Shown: piece after piece, positions 37,585 to 47,649 of the stretch
Position numbering within the stretch: position 1 is the first letter of the stretch
Layout: each line of letters starts with the position of its first letter
IMG/VR virus record: IMGVR_UViG_3300037504_000149
Source of the DNA: a virus
Taxonomy: Duplodnaviria > Caudoviricetes
Direction: 5' to 3' (one strand)
Length of the DNA stretch: 64,000 bases
Notes under the pieces: model-generated
What the model saw: only the letters and a program-made list of their open reading frames with translations
Told to the model about the DNA's origin: nothing
Databases searched by the model: none
Made by a program: the position numbers and the translations under genes

Positions 37585-38715
37585 CTACTCATCTAAAGAT
37601 AATAAATACTCTCTAGATATAGCTTTAAAGGACACATTGTACTGTTTTTTCTTAGTAACAGCCCTAGATCGTACAACTATTCCTTCCTGTAAAACAGTAG
37701 GAACTAATGTACTTTTACTATCAGCTAAGTTTAAAAAGTAAGCTGTATCCATATTCTTAGCCAATACTAACTTAGTATTGATAATAGGTACAGTTTGTAA
37801 TCCCACCTTATCACAAAGATTTACAATATCAGGAAATACTACATATTCCATACTATTAATTTTAAAAATATTAAATACAAAAAACTTAAGTTTGTTAAAC
37901 TTATAGTTATTCTTTTGTACTCGTGGCCCAACTATCTCCCCTTGGACTGCCACAGACTCACCTAGTAATGTACTCAATTGCTCCAACCGCTTGCGTAGTT
38001 CATATGAACGAGCAATATTCCAATAATTGGTATCATCTTCTATAGGTCGAGCTTTGTTACGAGAAGCTACGATAAACTTAGGACGAGAAAACCATCCTTT
38101 GGGCTTATAAAATGCAAAAGTACCACTTTGTCCATCGAGCTTTTCTGTGACGTAGCATTCTGTTCCAGCAGCTAGTTCACCTATATATGGTAAATTCTGG
38201 ATGCGTTCTTCATCTGTTTTAGGTATCTCAGGTGGGAACGTTCCTGTAGCATCTCCTACAAGCCTACTTCGTATAGCTCGGAAAACCTTAAACCGCATAA
38301 AGAAGTTAAAGATACCAGAACGTTTATTACTTTTAGGACTTTTAGAGGCTTGCTGACGTACATGAGGCTCATACTTTACTACTCCAATAATATCAGTAAC
38401 ATCTTGACCTATACTAAGATCAACTTTATGAGTTGTAAAATGTTCCAGTATATCCACCGGCATAGCTAAACCTTGAGATATCTGGCCTCTAAGTTTAATT
38501 GTCTTTACACGAAATTTACTCCTACGCATAAATTCAAACACAGGGTGGTCGGGAAGCACAGAATCAGTTTCAAAGAAAATACACTTATCCCCTACTTTAA
38601 ACTCGTTCTTCTTAGCAACAAGTTCCCATCCTTTAACTGTAATACATACAATTCTGTCAGCTCCCTTAATAAGAGAAATAGAATCTACACGCTGAATTGT
38701 AGCCAACTTACGCAT
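37585..38715 (-). CDS. ATP-dependent RNA ligase, DRB0094 (Rnl5) family
   Basis: N-terminal RKLATI...GADRI...FETDS.LP...IKLRGQISQGL; PKTDEERIQN; motif I TEKLDGQS; QGEIVG; FVFNI; EGIVVR; SFKAIS. Confidence 0.92.
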   Translation of the reverse strand: MRKLATIQRVDSISLIKGADRIVCITVKGWELVAKKNEFKVGDKCIFFETDSVLPDHPVFEFMRRSKFRVKTIKLRGQISQGLAMPVDILEHFTTHKVDLSIGQDVTDIIGVVKYEPHVRQQASKSPKSNKRSGIFNFFMRFKVFRAIRSRLVGDATGTFPPEIPKTDEERIQNLPYIGELAAGTECYVTEKLDGQSGTFAFYKPKGWFSRPKFIVASRNKARPIEDDTNYWNIARSYELRKRLEQLSTLLGESVAVQGEIVGPRVQKNNYKFNKLKFFVFNIFKINSMEYVVFPDIVNLCDKVGLQTVPIINTKLVLAKNMDTAYFLNLADSKSTLVPTVLQEGIVVRSRAVTKKKQYNVSFKAISREYLLSLDE

Positions 38716-38735
38716 AACACACCACCTTTTGAGTA

Positions 38736-38769
38736 TAAAAAAGCCTGTACTAGTAGTATAGCACAGGCT
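38736..38769 (-). terminator. Intrinsic terminator overlapping the RNA ligase promoter
   Basis: AGCCTGTGCTA-TACTAC-TAGTACAGGCT 11-bp stem plus TTTTTAT. Confidence 0.7.
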
Positions 38770-38783
38770 GCAAACTTTTTCAA
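38755..38783 (-). promoter_or_regulatory. Sigma70-type promoter TTGAAA-N17-(TGc)TATACT for the RNA ligase
   Basis: 17-bp spacer, extended -10, AGGTGG RBS downstream. Confidence 0.7.
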
Positions 38784-38792
38784 GTTTATTTT

Positions 38793-39446
38793 TTAATCAC
38801 GTGGTCGGTATGCTGGTGCAAACGGTTCAGCACGCTGTTCATCAGCATCTTTTTTAATCTTAGCTATCTGCTTATTATATTTTTCTTCATAAACAGAGTA
38901 AGGACAACGTACAGTTCCGCCAACGTTTTTAGGAACTTCGATAACGTCTTCTACCAACTCAACCTCATGTTTTCCAGGATCGAAATCTGGCCTTATCACA
39001 GCCACTCGTTTCCTTTCTATCGCGAAGCGTAAGCTCTTAGAAGTTTTAATACACGTATTCATTTCACGCATAAGCTCAAGCTGCAAAGATTCAAGCTCAT
39101 TATCGATACGTTCTTCAATCTCTTTAATTTTAGCCGGGTCTTCTACACCAAAAACAGCACTTTCTTTTTCTGCATAAATAGACTCAGCTTTTGCTTCTAT
39201 TTCGGCAGCTTTATGTGCTATAGTTTTATGGTAATTAGCTAAAATTTCATAAAGATCTACGACAGTATTAGGCGGAATGTTTACGTGGTTTCCGTTTCGC
39301 GCACCATCTGGATCAACTAGATCATCTAGAACAACGGACGCTCTTTTAGAAGCAATCCAACGCACGTCCTTCATGTTCCTTCCAGGACGCATTAGTTTGT
39401 AAGTATGAAGTTTAGTAGTTCCAACTTCTTTATTATCTGTACTCAT
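38793..39446 (-). CDS. Hypothetical head-module protein with coiled-coil insert
   Basis: 217-aa ORF two genes downstream of the major capsid gene. Confidence 0.55.
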   Translation of the reverse strand: MSTDNKEVGTTKLHTYKLMRPGRNMKDVRWIASKRASVVLDDLVDPDGARNGNHVNIPPNTVVDLYEILANYHKTIAHKAAEIEAKAESIYAEKESAVFGVEDPAKIKEIEERIDNELESLQLELMREMNTCIKTSKSLRFAIERKRVAVIRPDFDPGKHEVELVEDVIEVPKNVGGTVRCPYSVYEEKYNKQIAKIKKDADEQRAEPFAPAYRPRD

Positions 39447-39506
39447 ACTTTACCTACCTTGTTTACAAGTACCTATTTAACAACAATAAATTTAGGTACG
39501 TTACTG

Positions 39507-39821
39507 TTACTCATCTAGAACAAATATGGCTGATTCTTCAGGTTCACTAGTAAATAGTTCCATTATTTCACTAATGTTATCTTCTTCTAGTAACTCTGTT
39601 ATTTTATCTTTACCAACATCAGTTAAATCCATCATAGGTGAAGACTTACTAGAATCTTCAAGAAGTTCAATTATGGTTTCCCGAAGATCAGATAAGTGAT
39701 CCAAAACTAGTTCTAACTCTCCAGCATTAACTAAAGGTAATATCTCATCCATTAAGGTATTACTAATTTTTTCTAGTTCTAGTTTATATTTTTTACTATC
39801 TACTCTTAGTCTATCAGCCAT
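39507..39821 (-). CDS. Hypothetical acidic protein
   Basis: 104 aa, GAGGTG RBS. Confidence 0.55.
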   Translation of the reverse strand: MADRLRVDSKKYKLELEKISNTLMDEILPLVNAGELELVLDHLSDLRETIIELLEDSSKSSPMMDLTDVGKDKITELLEEDNISEIMELFTSEPEESAIFVLDE

Positions 39822-39859
39822 ACCACACCTCTGTGATATACAAGAAGTGTAAAGTTATT

Positions 39860-39883
39860 GGGGCTGTTAGGGTTAACAGCCCC
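39860..39883 (-). terminator. Stem-loop directly after the major capsid gene
   Basis: GGGGCTGTTA / TAACAGCCCC 10-bp perfect stem with a weak U-tract. Confidence 0.55.
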
Positions 39884-39894
39884 TAGTGATTGTC

Positions 39895-40914
39895 TTAAGC
39901 CCAAACGTTTGTAGCATATGCACCGCGAGATACACCGTAAGAGTTCCATACGGACATACCACAACGTTGCCATGCAGCTACACCAATCAACATCTGGTCA
40001 GGATAGTTTACCATCTGTACCTTAGTTGTCTGCCTGATAGGCATCCATCCTAGGTGTTCATCGTCGGTAAGTGCGTAAACCTTTTCCTCGTTATTTGAAG
40101 ATGAAATCAAGTTAGTGACATGAATTTCTACGCCACCCCATGATCCGATATAACCTTGCTTATTTACTTCATCCAGCAAGTCTATACCTAGCTCTTGGAT
40201 CTGCCATGTCTGGATAGAACGTGGCAAGTTAGGTCCACCCAAGAAGGCTGTTACGTTCAGCCTGTGCTCTTCAATTTCCCTACGCATACCTGCTAGGAAT
40301 GTCCTAGTCGCTAGTGTAGAAACAGATGTTTCGGAGTTTGTTACGGTTGACTGAGCGTCTAGCAAGTTCAAGAAGCGGGTGTCTTCAAGCAAGGCCATAG
40401 CGATACCAGCCTTATCTTTCAACCTATCCACTACGTTGAACATTGTTTCAACGGTGTCTTCGTAACGCACGTATCCGTTAAAGGCGATGTTGAAAGGATC
40501 CAACTCTAGTCTACGAGCTATTAGGGTGTAATGATCTGCACGTCCATTGTCCGCTACGCGAGCAGCCATGACGTTATCCAGTTCACCAATTGCTCCCCAA
40601 GTTAGGTCGTAATCCCTACGCATAGGGATAGCTGGAGGGTATTCTTCAACAACCCACAAACTACGGTTGATTGGAGCATAATCGAGATAGTGCCTTAGAG
40701 GTGATACTAGCGTTGCAGCTAGGATTTCACGAGCACGAGGACTCCGTGCCGCAGCAGCAAAAGCACGCTTTAGCTGCCGACTTTCCTTGGCCTCTACCTG
40801 ACGATTAGCGATTCTTGCCATTGCAGGGTTTTTTGGCTTACTTTCTTCCTGCGCTTTTTGCAGTGCGCTAGCCAATATTTGCAATGCTTGGTTACTGTTA
40901 ATCTGTTGTGCCAT
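39895..40914 (-). CDS. Major capsid protein (HK97-like fold)
   Basis: 339 aa; strong GGAGGTG RBS and biased codon use; LAATLVSPLR..LDY...R, EDTRFLNLL, GYIGSWGGVEIHVT; follows scaffold and decoration genes. Confidence 0.8.
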   Translation of the reverse strand: MAQQINSNQALQILASALQKAQEESKPKNPAMARIANRQVEAKESRQLKRAFAAAARSPRAREILAATLVSPLRHYLDYAPINRSLWVVEEYPPAIPMRRDYDLTWGAIGELDNVMAARVADNGRADHYTLIARRLELDPFNIAFNGYVRYEDTVETMFNVVDRLKDKAGIAMALLEDTRFLNLLDAQSTVTNSETSVSTLATRTFLAGMRREIEEHRLNVTAFLGGPNLPRSIQTWQIQELGIDLLDEVNKQGYIGSWGGVEIHVTNLISSSNNEEKVYALTDDEHLGWMPIRQTTKVQMVNYPDQMLIGVAAWQRCGMSVWNSYGVSRGAYATNVWA

Positions 40915-40936
40915 TTGTATTATTCACCTCCTGGCG

Positions 40937-41428
40937 TTATGTTGTGATTAGACGGTCTAGGTAGAATACTACTTCCAGGTCACCATCAGAAGCAACGTCG
41001 CTTAGAACGTATCCTGCGATAAGCTGGTTTATACTACCACTACCTACTGCGTTATCCCATTTACCATTGTCAGAGATGTACAGCGGGTCACCGGCTGTCC
41101 ATGTACCGCCTGTAGGTGAAGTCTCGTATGGGTATGAATCCGTATAAGAGCTGGACATATTTTTAGGCGTTTCACTGCACAGCACGGCTTTTAGCGATCC
41201 TTGTGGACGGTAAATAGTAATCCTATCACTTGTACCAGCACGATAATTAAAGTAGTCATCGCAAAAAGCGAATAGACCGATAACAGTAGTGCTAGTAGTA
41301 TCCACAGTTATGATTTCCCCACTTGAATCCAATGCAGCAGGCATACCACCTTCAAAAGTACTTAAACTTGAAGAAGGCACCTGAGAAGCATCAGCAAACA
41401 TAGGGTTGTCAAGAGTTCTTATAGCCAT
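40937..41428 (-). CDS. Putative head decoration protein
   Basis: FEGGM..ALDSSG...VIGLF...WTAGDPLYISDNG; directly upstream of the capsid gene. Confidence 0.6.
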   Translation of the reverse strand: MAIRTLDNPMFADASQVPSSSLSTFEGGMPAALDSSGEIITVDTTSTTVIGLFAFCDDYFNYRAGTSDRITIYRPQGSLKAVLCSETPKNMSSSYTDSYPYETSPTGGTWTAGDPLYISDNGKWDNAVGSGSINQLIAGYVLSDVASDGDLEVVFYLDRLITT

Positions 41429-41448
41429 TTATTGTTACACCTCCTAAA

Positions 41449-43503
41449 TTAGGGTAGGTCAGGGCGTGTATGGTCTCTTACACGTCCAAATATGTTTAGG
41501 TTCTTTGAAGCGTTCTGAGCTGTTTTTTCATCTAAATCAGCTACAGCTTCCATGTCTGTATACTCATCACTACTTTCTATCCTTCCTTCAGAGTACGCTT
41601 TATATGAATTAGCAATTTTTGTTGCTTGCGTAATCAAATCCTGGTCAGATAGTCCGTTTAAATGCTCCTTGAAGCGTTCTACATTTAGTTGCTTTTCTTC
41701 AGCAGTAGCTAATGTTTGTGCTAGATTAGCGGATACATTGATCCACTTTTCTCTCATCTCATCAGAAGCTATACGCTTGTTATCTACTTTAGAGCTTTCA
41801 TATATTGCTTCAGCTTGAGTAATGAATTCATCAGCAGCTTCGACATTAGCTTTTTCTGAATTAACATCACCTGATGCAGCTAGTATTTGTTCTTCTAGAC
41901 TTGTATCATTCTCCGCAGCTTCGATTTCTTCCATCATCTTTAAAGCTTCCTCAGAATCTTTACCGAATGTTGCTTCTAGATCTTCTTTAGATGCTCCAAA
42001 TGTGGATAGAATTTCCATAACCTCATCATCAGTTACGTCTACTTCTGTATTAGCCTTTTTCAAATCAGCATCATCGTCTAAAGATCCGGGTGCTTCTTTA
42101 CTAGGGCCATCATCTGGTTTAGGTTTATTCTTTGCTCCAGGTGGACGACCTCTACCGTCAGAACCACAATCTACGTCAAATTTATGTCCGCAATTAGGGC
42201 AAGTTACATTCTTTTTCTTGCTTCCCTTATCTGGACTATCTTTAGATTTGCTAGGTGCATCTTGAGGTGGTTTATCCATCTTAGGTGGCATACCATCCGA
42301 CTTAGGATCTGGCATAGGTGGTTCATCACCTATAGCTGTTTTCTCTATCCTATCAATCTTGATGGGGCTTGCTTCGTGAGGATATCTAATCTTTTTCTGA
42401 TTTTTGACTTTTCCAAAATTAGATTTATTAGACATCTTAACACCACCAGGAATTACTTCGCCACTCTGCCCGATCTGGTCCTTACCTTTCGGGTATGCTC
42501 TTTGAGTGCCTTTTTCATAAGGCTGTTGCATTGTTTCGGTTTGTTTCTGGGGCTTTGCTTTTTCAGCATCACTAAATTCCCTATCAAAATCACTAGTTCC
42601 TGTAGTTTCATAATTCTTGATAGGCCCCATACATTTTTCCATAGGGTTGTTAGCTGCTAAAAACTCTGCGGCCATCTGTGGATTGAAAGTAGGACTATCA
42701 GGATCAACAAACTTCGCGTACCAAGCTTTAACTTCTTTTTCCGTACTTGGAGTTTCAGTTGTGGTAGCGTTAGGAGTGTTTTCAGGCTGCTTAACATCTT
42801 CCTTCGCTGATCCGTCTTGATCGGCCTTTTTCTTCACATTAGTGGCCTGCATTCTATTAGACAACATAGCCCTTACTTTATTGTAAAGTTGCTTGTCTCC
42901 CATGCTTGTTGACCTCCTGATCTCTCGATTACCTGTAGCTATTGAAAATTCTCCGTCTGTTGCTACAGGTCTTGTTTGTTCCCCTTCACCTGGGTAAGTG
43001 TTAGGGACAGCTTTATTAGGTTTTGGTATCTTATTGTGTGTTTCACCAACGTCTTCATTTACGGCATGTTCATCTTTGATTTCTTCTTTAGTCTCTTCTT
43101 TATGTTTAGCTTTATACTTAGCTTTTGCTTGCTCTAACATCTGTTTACCAAATGCTTCACTAGTTAAGTCATCTTCGGCAAGATTACCATAACCGTCTAA
43201 GTAAGCTTCTTTATCTACTTCAGCAACTGGTAAACTAGCTACTTCTTCTTCACCATAGTAAAAATGCCATGTTGTATTTTCCTCATCATAAAGACAAGAC
43301 CATTTCTTTTCTTCTACTGGTTCTGGTGAACGTACTTTATCTGTGTCATCTAAATCTTTGTCATATGGTTGACGTACCATACCGTAGTCCCCGCCAGATG
43401 ATTGAGGGATTCCCCCCATACCAGGAACATTCTCATTTATAGATGGTTCGGCTGCCTCTTTTAGATAGGCAGGTATTCTTTTATTTTGTTTATTATTCAC
43501 CAT
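41449..43503 (-). CDS. Scaffolding/core protein with Zn ribbon and AT-hook
   Basis: Low-complexity charged protein between protease and capsid genes; CPNCGH; GRGRPPGAKNKPK. Confidence 0.55.
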   Translation of the reverse strand: MVNNKQNKRIPAYLKEAAEPSINENVPGMGGIPQSSGGDYGMVRQPYDKDLDDTDKVRSPEPVEEKKWSCLYDEENTTWHFYYGEEEVASLPVAEVDKEAYLDGYGNLAEDDLTSEAFGKQMLEQAKAKYKAKHKEETKEEIKDEHAVNEDVGETHNKIPKPNKAVPNTYPGEGEQTRPVATDGEFSIATGNREIRRSTSMGDKQLYNKVRAMLSNRMQATNVKKKADQDGSAKEDVKQPENTPNATTTETPSTEKEVKAWYAKFVDPDSPTFNPQMAAEFLAANNPMEKCMGPIKNYETTGTSDFDREFSDAEKAKPQKQTETMQQPYEKGTQRAYPKGKDQIGQSGEVIPGGVKMSNKSNFGKVKNQKKIRYPHEASPIKIDRIEKTAIGDEPPMPDPKSDGMPPKMDKPPQDAPSKSKDSPDKGSKKKNVTCPNCGHKFDVDCGSDGRGRPPGAKNKPKPDDGPSKEAPGSLDDDADLKKANTEVDVTDDEVMEILSTFGASKEDLEATFGKDSEEALKMMEEIEAAENDTSLEEQILAASGDVNSEKANVEAADEFITQAEAIYESSKVDNKRIASDEMREKWINVSANLAQTLATAEEKQLNVERFKEHLNGLSDQDLITQATKIANSYKAYSEGRIESSDEYTDMEAVADLDEKTAQNASKNLNIFGRVRDHTRPDLP

Positions 43504-43534
43504 TCACCTATGCATTGGCTACTTTTCTAATGTT

Positions 43535-43545
43535 ATTATAACATA
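43535..43545 (-). promoter_or_regulatory. Extended -10 promoter TATGTTATAAT
   Basis: Upstream of the scaffold-decoration-capsid genes. Confidence 0.6.
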
Positions 43546-43575
43546 AATAGCTTTTTATAAATGAATTTCACAGAC

Positions 43576-44916
43576 TTACTTCCACCTATCTGGGATATAT
43601 TCAAAGTCTTCCTTCCATTTACCATCATCTTCATCATCATCTTTAGTATCTACAGCTAAATCTACACCAACTGGAATGTCCGTTTTTAGTAACTCTTCTT
43701 CATCGGCTTTTTTAGCAGAGTCTACACTATCAAGTTTAATATCTTTTAAATTACCGTGGAATGGTGCATCAAATTCCAGCGGTATCTCGTGTGCTTCTGG
43801 GGGAGGAGTGAAGTATGGGTTATCTTCAGAATCTCTATAATCAGCTATTCTTATTTTAGCTAAATTACCTATCATACGTTGTGCTTCTTTTATTTTTTGT
43901 GTAGCTTCTTTAAATATTGCTGCTTCATCACCGTGTAATATAATAGGTGTAGAGTTGTAATCCTCTGTATTTGTACTTATTACAGGAGCTGCTGTCTTCC
44001 TAATTAAAGCTTGACCAACTCTTGATGATCCTGAATCTAAGTATGCATTCCAGAAGTCTTTATTCTCTTTATCATCTTCATATTTCTTAATTATATCTTT
44101 AATATCTATGACAGAGTTTTCAATTACTTTATGACCACTATATACTTTCATAATCTTAGCATAAGGGTCGGCTCCTCCGCCAATAGGTGCTTGTGTGGTT
44201 ATTATAGAGTCTTCAAAGAATAAGAAATCTTTAACTATTTCATAAACATCCCTTGATAATGCTCCATATTTCATCAATTCATGTTTATCTTTTAAGTGTA
44301 CACAAAAATCATTTAAATCGTATATTTGTTTACCACACACACTACATGTAGAATACGCAGCCACACACCCCATACTGGTGTCTGTAACTACACCGCCTGT
44401 AATTAATGTTGGTAAACTAGGGAATTTCTTCTCAGCAGTAAGTACATCTATGATGCACACATTATCTACATATACTGCTCGTGGATCTTCCGGGTAGAAT
44501 ACGGATGGTCGTAAAGCTGAATCATATACTACACCTATTTTATTGTTATCGAAATCTCCATTATCATGATCTATAAATACAGCGGAACCTAAAAACGTTT
44601 TATACCTGTCCCTCAAATCAACTCCCATAAATCCATCGTGGTTTAAATTAGGACCGGAATCTTCTATAGAAGACATAGCTCTAGTTCTGTAATACAAATA
44701 TCTATCAGGATATAGCTTTACAGCACTTGCTGCCTTCTTCAAGAAATTGTCAGCAGCATCATCATTTAATGCTAGTTTTACAGGAACATCCTGTATATCT
44801 TGTACATTGAACGCTGAGCTAAGTATTCTACGACTGCGTTTAGTTACGTTTAATGGATGTGCACCATAAAATCTACGTTTATAATTATCTGGGTTTATAT
44901 TTCTTAAACTTGCCAT
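43576..44916 (-). CDS. Putative prohead (capsid maturation) protease
   Basis: NLNHDGF...YKTFLG..VFIDH...IGVVYD...TSMGC...CSVCG...FEDSII..GAD pattern (candidate His and Ser catalytic residues); upstream of the scaffold gene. Confidence 0.55.
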   Translation of the reverse strand: MASLRNINPDNYKRRFYGAHPLNVTKRSRRILSSAFNVQDIQDVPVKLALNDDAADNFLKKAASAVKLYPDRYLYYRTRAMSSIEDSGPNLNHDGFMGVDLRDRYKTFLGSAVFIDHDNGDFDNNKIGVVYDSALRPSVFYPEDPRAVYVDNVCIIDVLTAEKKFPSLPTLITGGVVTDTSMGCVAAYSTCSVCGKQIYDLNDFCVHLKDKHELMKYGALSRDVYEIVKDFLFFEDSIITTQAPIGGGADPYAKIMKVYSGHKVIENSVIDIKDIIKKYEDDKENKDFWNAYLDSGSSRVGQALIRKTAAPVISTNTEDYNSTPIILHGDEAAIFKEATQKIKEAQRMIGNLAKIRIADYRDSEDNPYFTPPPEAHEIPLEFDAPFHGNLKDIKLDSVDSAKKADEEELLKTDIPVGVDLAVDTKDDDEDDGKWKEDFEYIPDRWK

Positions 44917-46529
44917 AATGCTTCCTTTAATATATTTGAGGGTGCATGACGAATTGTGTCAATTACACTACGATCATTTATTACAAATGTAACTTTAGAT
45001 GCGTTTACGTTTATTGGTTCTTCGGTGTCCTCTTCGTCCATAGTAGCTTGTTCTTTAGTGTCTTGACTACGTATAGTTTTTAATAATGTTTCGGCATAGT
45101 CACTCAACGATTGTTTAATATTATCTAAATCTGATTTGTTACGGACAGTTCCATTATTGAACGCTTGCATAATAGCAGATTCTATAGATTTTAAAGGGAA
45201 GTCTAGAACATCACCCTCTGTAGGGATAGTGAATGCTCTTGGTATTCCTTGTGAGGTAAGTGACGTTGCTTTACTATAGTCTAGAGTCATTCTTTGTAAT
45301 TCACCTAAGAAAAACCTACTAAAAATAGCAATCATCCATTCTACAAAGTTTTGGGAAGATTCTATAATATAATTATAACCATTGAAGTATTTATATAATT
45401 GTGTACTCTCTGCATCCTTACCTCTAAGATCTTTTGTTATATCATATGTTTGGTTATACACACTATCGTTAATATATGTGATTACGTTAGAAAGATTAAA
45501 TACATCTTCTATTGTTTCAGGATTAAATATATTTAATGTTGATATAATTAAATCATTACTATCGAAAGTATTTATTAAACTATATACCGCTTTTTCTAAG
45601 TATTCTACATTTGTAGTGTCACCAGACAACATTATTTTCACTAAATTTTCATTATTACTTAATATATCAAAGTATGGTAAGAATCTTTCTTCAACAGAAG
45701 AGTATAAGATCAAAGCACCTTTATAAGCTGAATACTCCTTAACATACTTATATATATTAGGTACACTATTTTTAAAATTTTCTAGTATATCATATGCCTC
45801 ATCCACAGTTATATCAAGTTCGCTCTCAGCTATAGCATTTTGTATTTTAGATTCTTCTTCTGTAGCATCTCTACGCATACCGGTTCCGTAATCCTTACCG
45901 ATATCTGTAGCAAAAGATGTATCTTCTGTAATACTTTCTAATGGCGCATATGATAGAGATGTACTAAGATCTATATTATCCCACACACCTAATTCAAAAA
46001 CTTCTTTAGCATATCCAGCTTGCATAGTTTCTCGTAAACCAATAAAGAAGTCGTATACAATAGCCGCAGCTTTTACGGCTGTTGTATACTTAAAATTATT
46101 ATCAATATAATCTAGTATATTATCTACCTGTACTGTGTCCATCTCATTTACATAATTAGATATTTGTGTATCATCATAACCTAATTGTTGCCCGTAATGA
46201 TTAATAGTTTCGTATATAAGATTACTGGCAGGAGCTTTAACTAATTCTATTCTTTGTAAAGCCTCATTTATATCACTACTAGTTGAAAATGTATCGCTTA
46301 AAAGTAATAATGCTTCAAGTTGTTTGGTATCTAGTTCCCTATAATCTATAGTGTCTATACTTTCTATTATTTCGTTAAGCTCATCTTCATCAGTATAAGT
46401 ACCCGATACATTACTTTCTAAACCGTCGGCTGTTTTTTTATACTTTAACGGTATGTTAAAGCTAGGAGACACAAATAGCGGTTCTCCCCCTAAAGCGGCG
46501 ACAATACTTCTAGTAGTGATTGCTCTCAT
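44904..46529 (-). CDS. Hypothetical helical acidic protein in the head module
   Basis: 541-aa ORF coupled to its neighbours. Confidence 0.55.
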   Translation of the reverse strand: MRAITTRSIVAALGGEPLFVSPSFNIPLKYKKTADGLESNVSGTYTDEDELNEIIESIDTIDYRELDTKQLEALLLLSDTFSTSSDINEALQRIELVKAPASNLIYETINHYGQQLGYDDTQISNYVNEMDTVQVDNILDYIDNNFKYTTAVKAAAIVYDFFIGLRETMQAGYAKEVFELGVWDNIDLSTSLSYAPLESITEDTSFATDIGKDYGTGMRRDATEEESKIQNAIAESELDITVDEAYDILENFKNSVPNIYKYVKEYSAYKGALILYSSVEERFLPYFDILSNNENLVKIMLSGDTTNVEYLEKAVYSLINTFDSNDLIISTLNIFNPETIEDVFNLSNVITYINDSVYNQTYDITKDLRGKDAESTQLYKYFNGYNYIIESSQNFVEWMIAIFSRFFLGELQRMTLDYSKATSLTSQGIPRAFTIPTEGDVLDFPLKSIESAIMQAFNNGTVRNKSDLDNIKQSLSDYAETLLKTIRSQDTKEQATMDEEDTEEPINVNASKVTFVINDRSVIDTIRHAPSNILKEALWQV

Positions 46530-47249
46530 TTATGAATCGGCTTTAACTTTACTTAGTACTTTATCAAACTTTTTAACACTTTTACTCGTAAATTTTTCCA
46601 GTATAGATTTATTTCTAGAACCGTTAGGTATAAATTCGAAAAAGTACCTTACGTCTAAGTAACCTGTTAAATACTTACCTAATCCATGAGTATAACTATA
46701 TCTGTATTTAGGATCATTAATATACTGATCTAGTTCTTTTAAATTGGCTGATAAATCATTTATAAGATCTTCAGCGTTATCAGCGTGCTGGATAGCTTCA
46801 ATAATACCTGCGGTGACATCATAATCACCTGCTGATTTACGCCTAACATAATCTATAATCTTTATCATTTTCTGATCATTTTTATATGTTTGGCGTAAAA
46901 CTTTATATGCATCTTCAAATTCATCCATTCTTTTTTTCAATAATTTAGAAGGGAGATTGTAATATGCATGTATTATAGCTACTCCACTATGGTCACCATA
47001 CTCCATCTCATACAGACAAGGAAATGAAACAGCGAATGCTTGCTCTCGCTTTTTGGGTTTAGGTGTTTTATTCGCTATAGCCTTATATTCATCACTAAAG
47101 CTATAAGTATTTATACCCTGATCTTTTACTCTATCCAATACGTCAATAGCAAACTGACTATACAGCGCTGCTTCGTTAGCATTAAATTCTCTATTATACT
47201 GCAAGCTATCATCTACAATGTTTTCGATCAGTAGTGTTATGTTATCCAT
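46530..47249 (-). CDS. Hypothetical protein
   Basis: 239-aa ORF coupled to its neighbours. Confidence 0.55.
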   Translation of the reverse strand: MDNITLLIENIVDDSLQYNREFNANEAALYSQFAIDVLDRVKDQGINTYSFSDEYKAIANKTPKPKKREQAFAVSFPCLYEMEYGDHSGVAIIHAYYNLPSKLLKKRMDEFEDAYKVLRQTYKNDQKMIKIIDYVRRKSAGDYDVTAGIIEAIQHADNAEDLINDLSANLKELDQYINDPKYRYSYTHGLGKYLTGYLDVRYFFEFIPNGSRNKSILEKFTSKSVKKFDKVLSKVKADS

Positions 47250-47649
47250 TGTTCTTTTCCCTATATACTTTATTTAGTATTGAAACTGCTTTACGAATAT
47301 GTCCTACAAAATAACTCTGTGTTAGTGACATCTTACGATATGCCTCCGATTCCTTACCGTCAATATTATTTAAATGACTTTTTGCTTGTTCAGTAAGAAC
47401 TACAATACCTTTCAAGGCATCTATTAAAAATCGTAAATCAGGAATATCTTCACTAGTTAAATTTTTTGGCAAAAAACCTTCGACAGGTTCTGTAGGTATT
47501 TTACCTATCCTCAAAGAGAACGATGTACCACAAGTAGGACAAAACCCTAAGTCATCTACGTCATTTTCTATACGGGGTATAATTGCTTTATTACTTAAGT
47601 CAGGTTTAGTTATATAACGTTCTATAAAGTCTTCGTGTGTTTCATCCAT
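47242..47649 (-). CDS. Hypothetical protein with CPTCG motif
   Basis: 135 aa, AAGGAG RBS. Confidence 0.55.
   Translation of the reverse strand: MDETHEDFIERYITKPDLSNKAIIPRIENDVDDLGFCPTCGTSFSLRIGKIPTEPVEGFLPKNLTSEDIPDLRFLIDALKGIVVLTEQAKSHLNNIDGKESEAYRKMSLTQSYFVGHIRKAVSILNKVYREKNNG

Noticed and set aside
41552-43192. Plus-strand ORFs opposite the scaffold gene
   Set aside because: Antisense shadows of a Glu/Asp/Lys-rich gene
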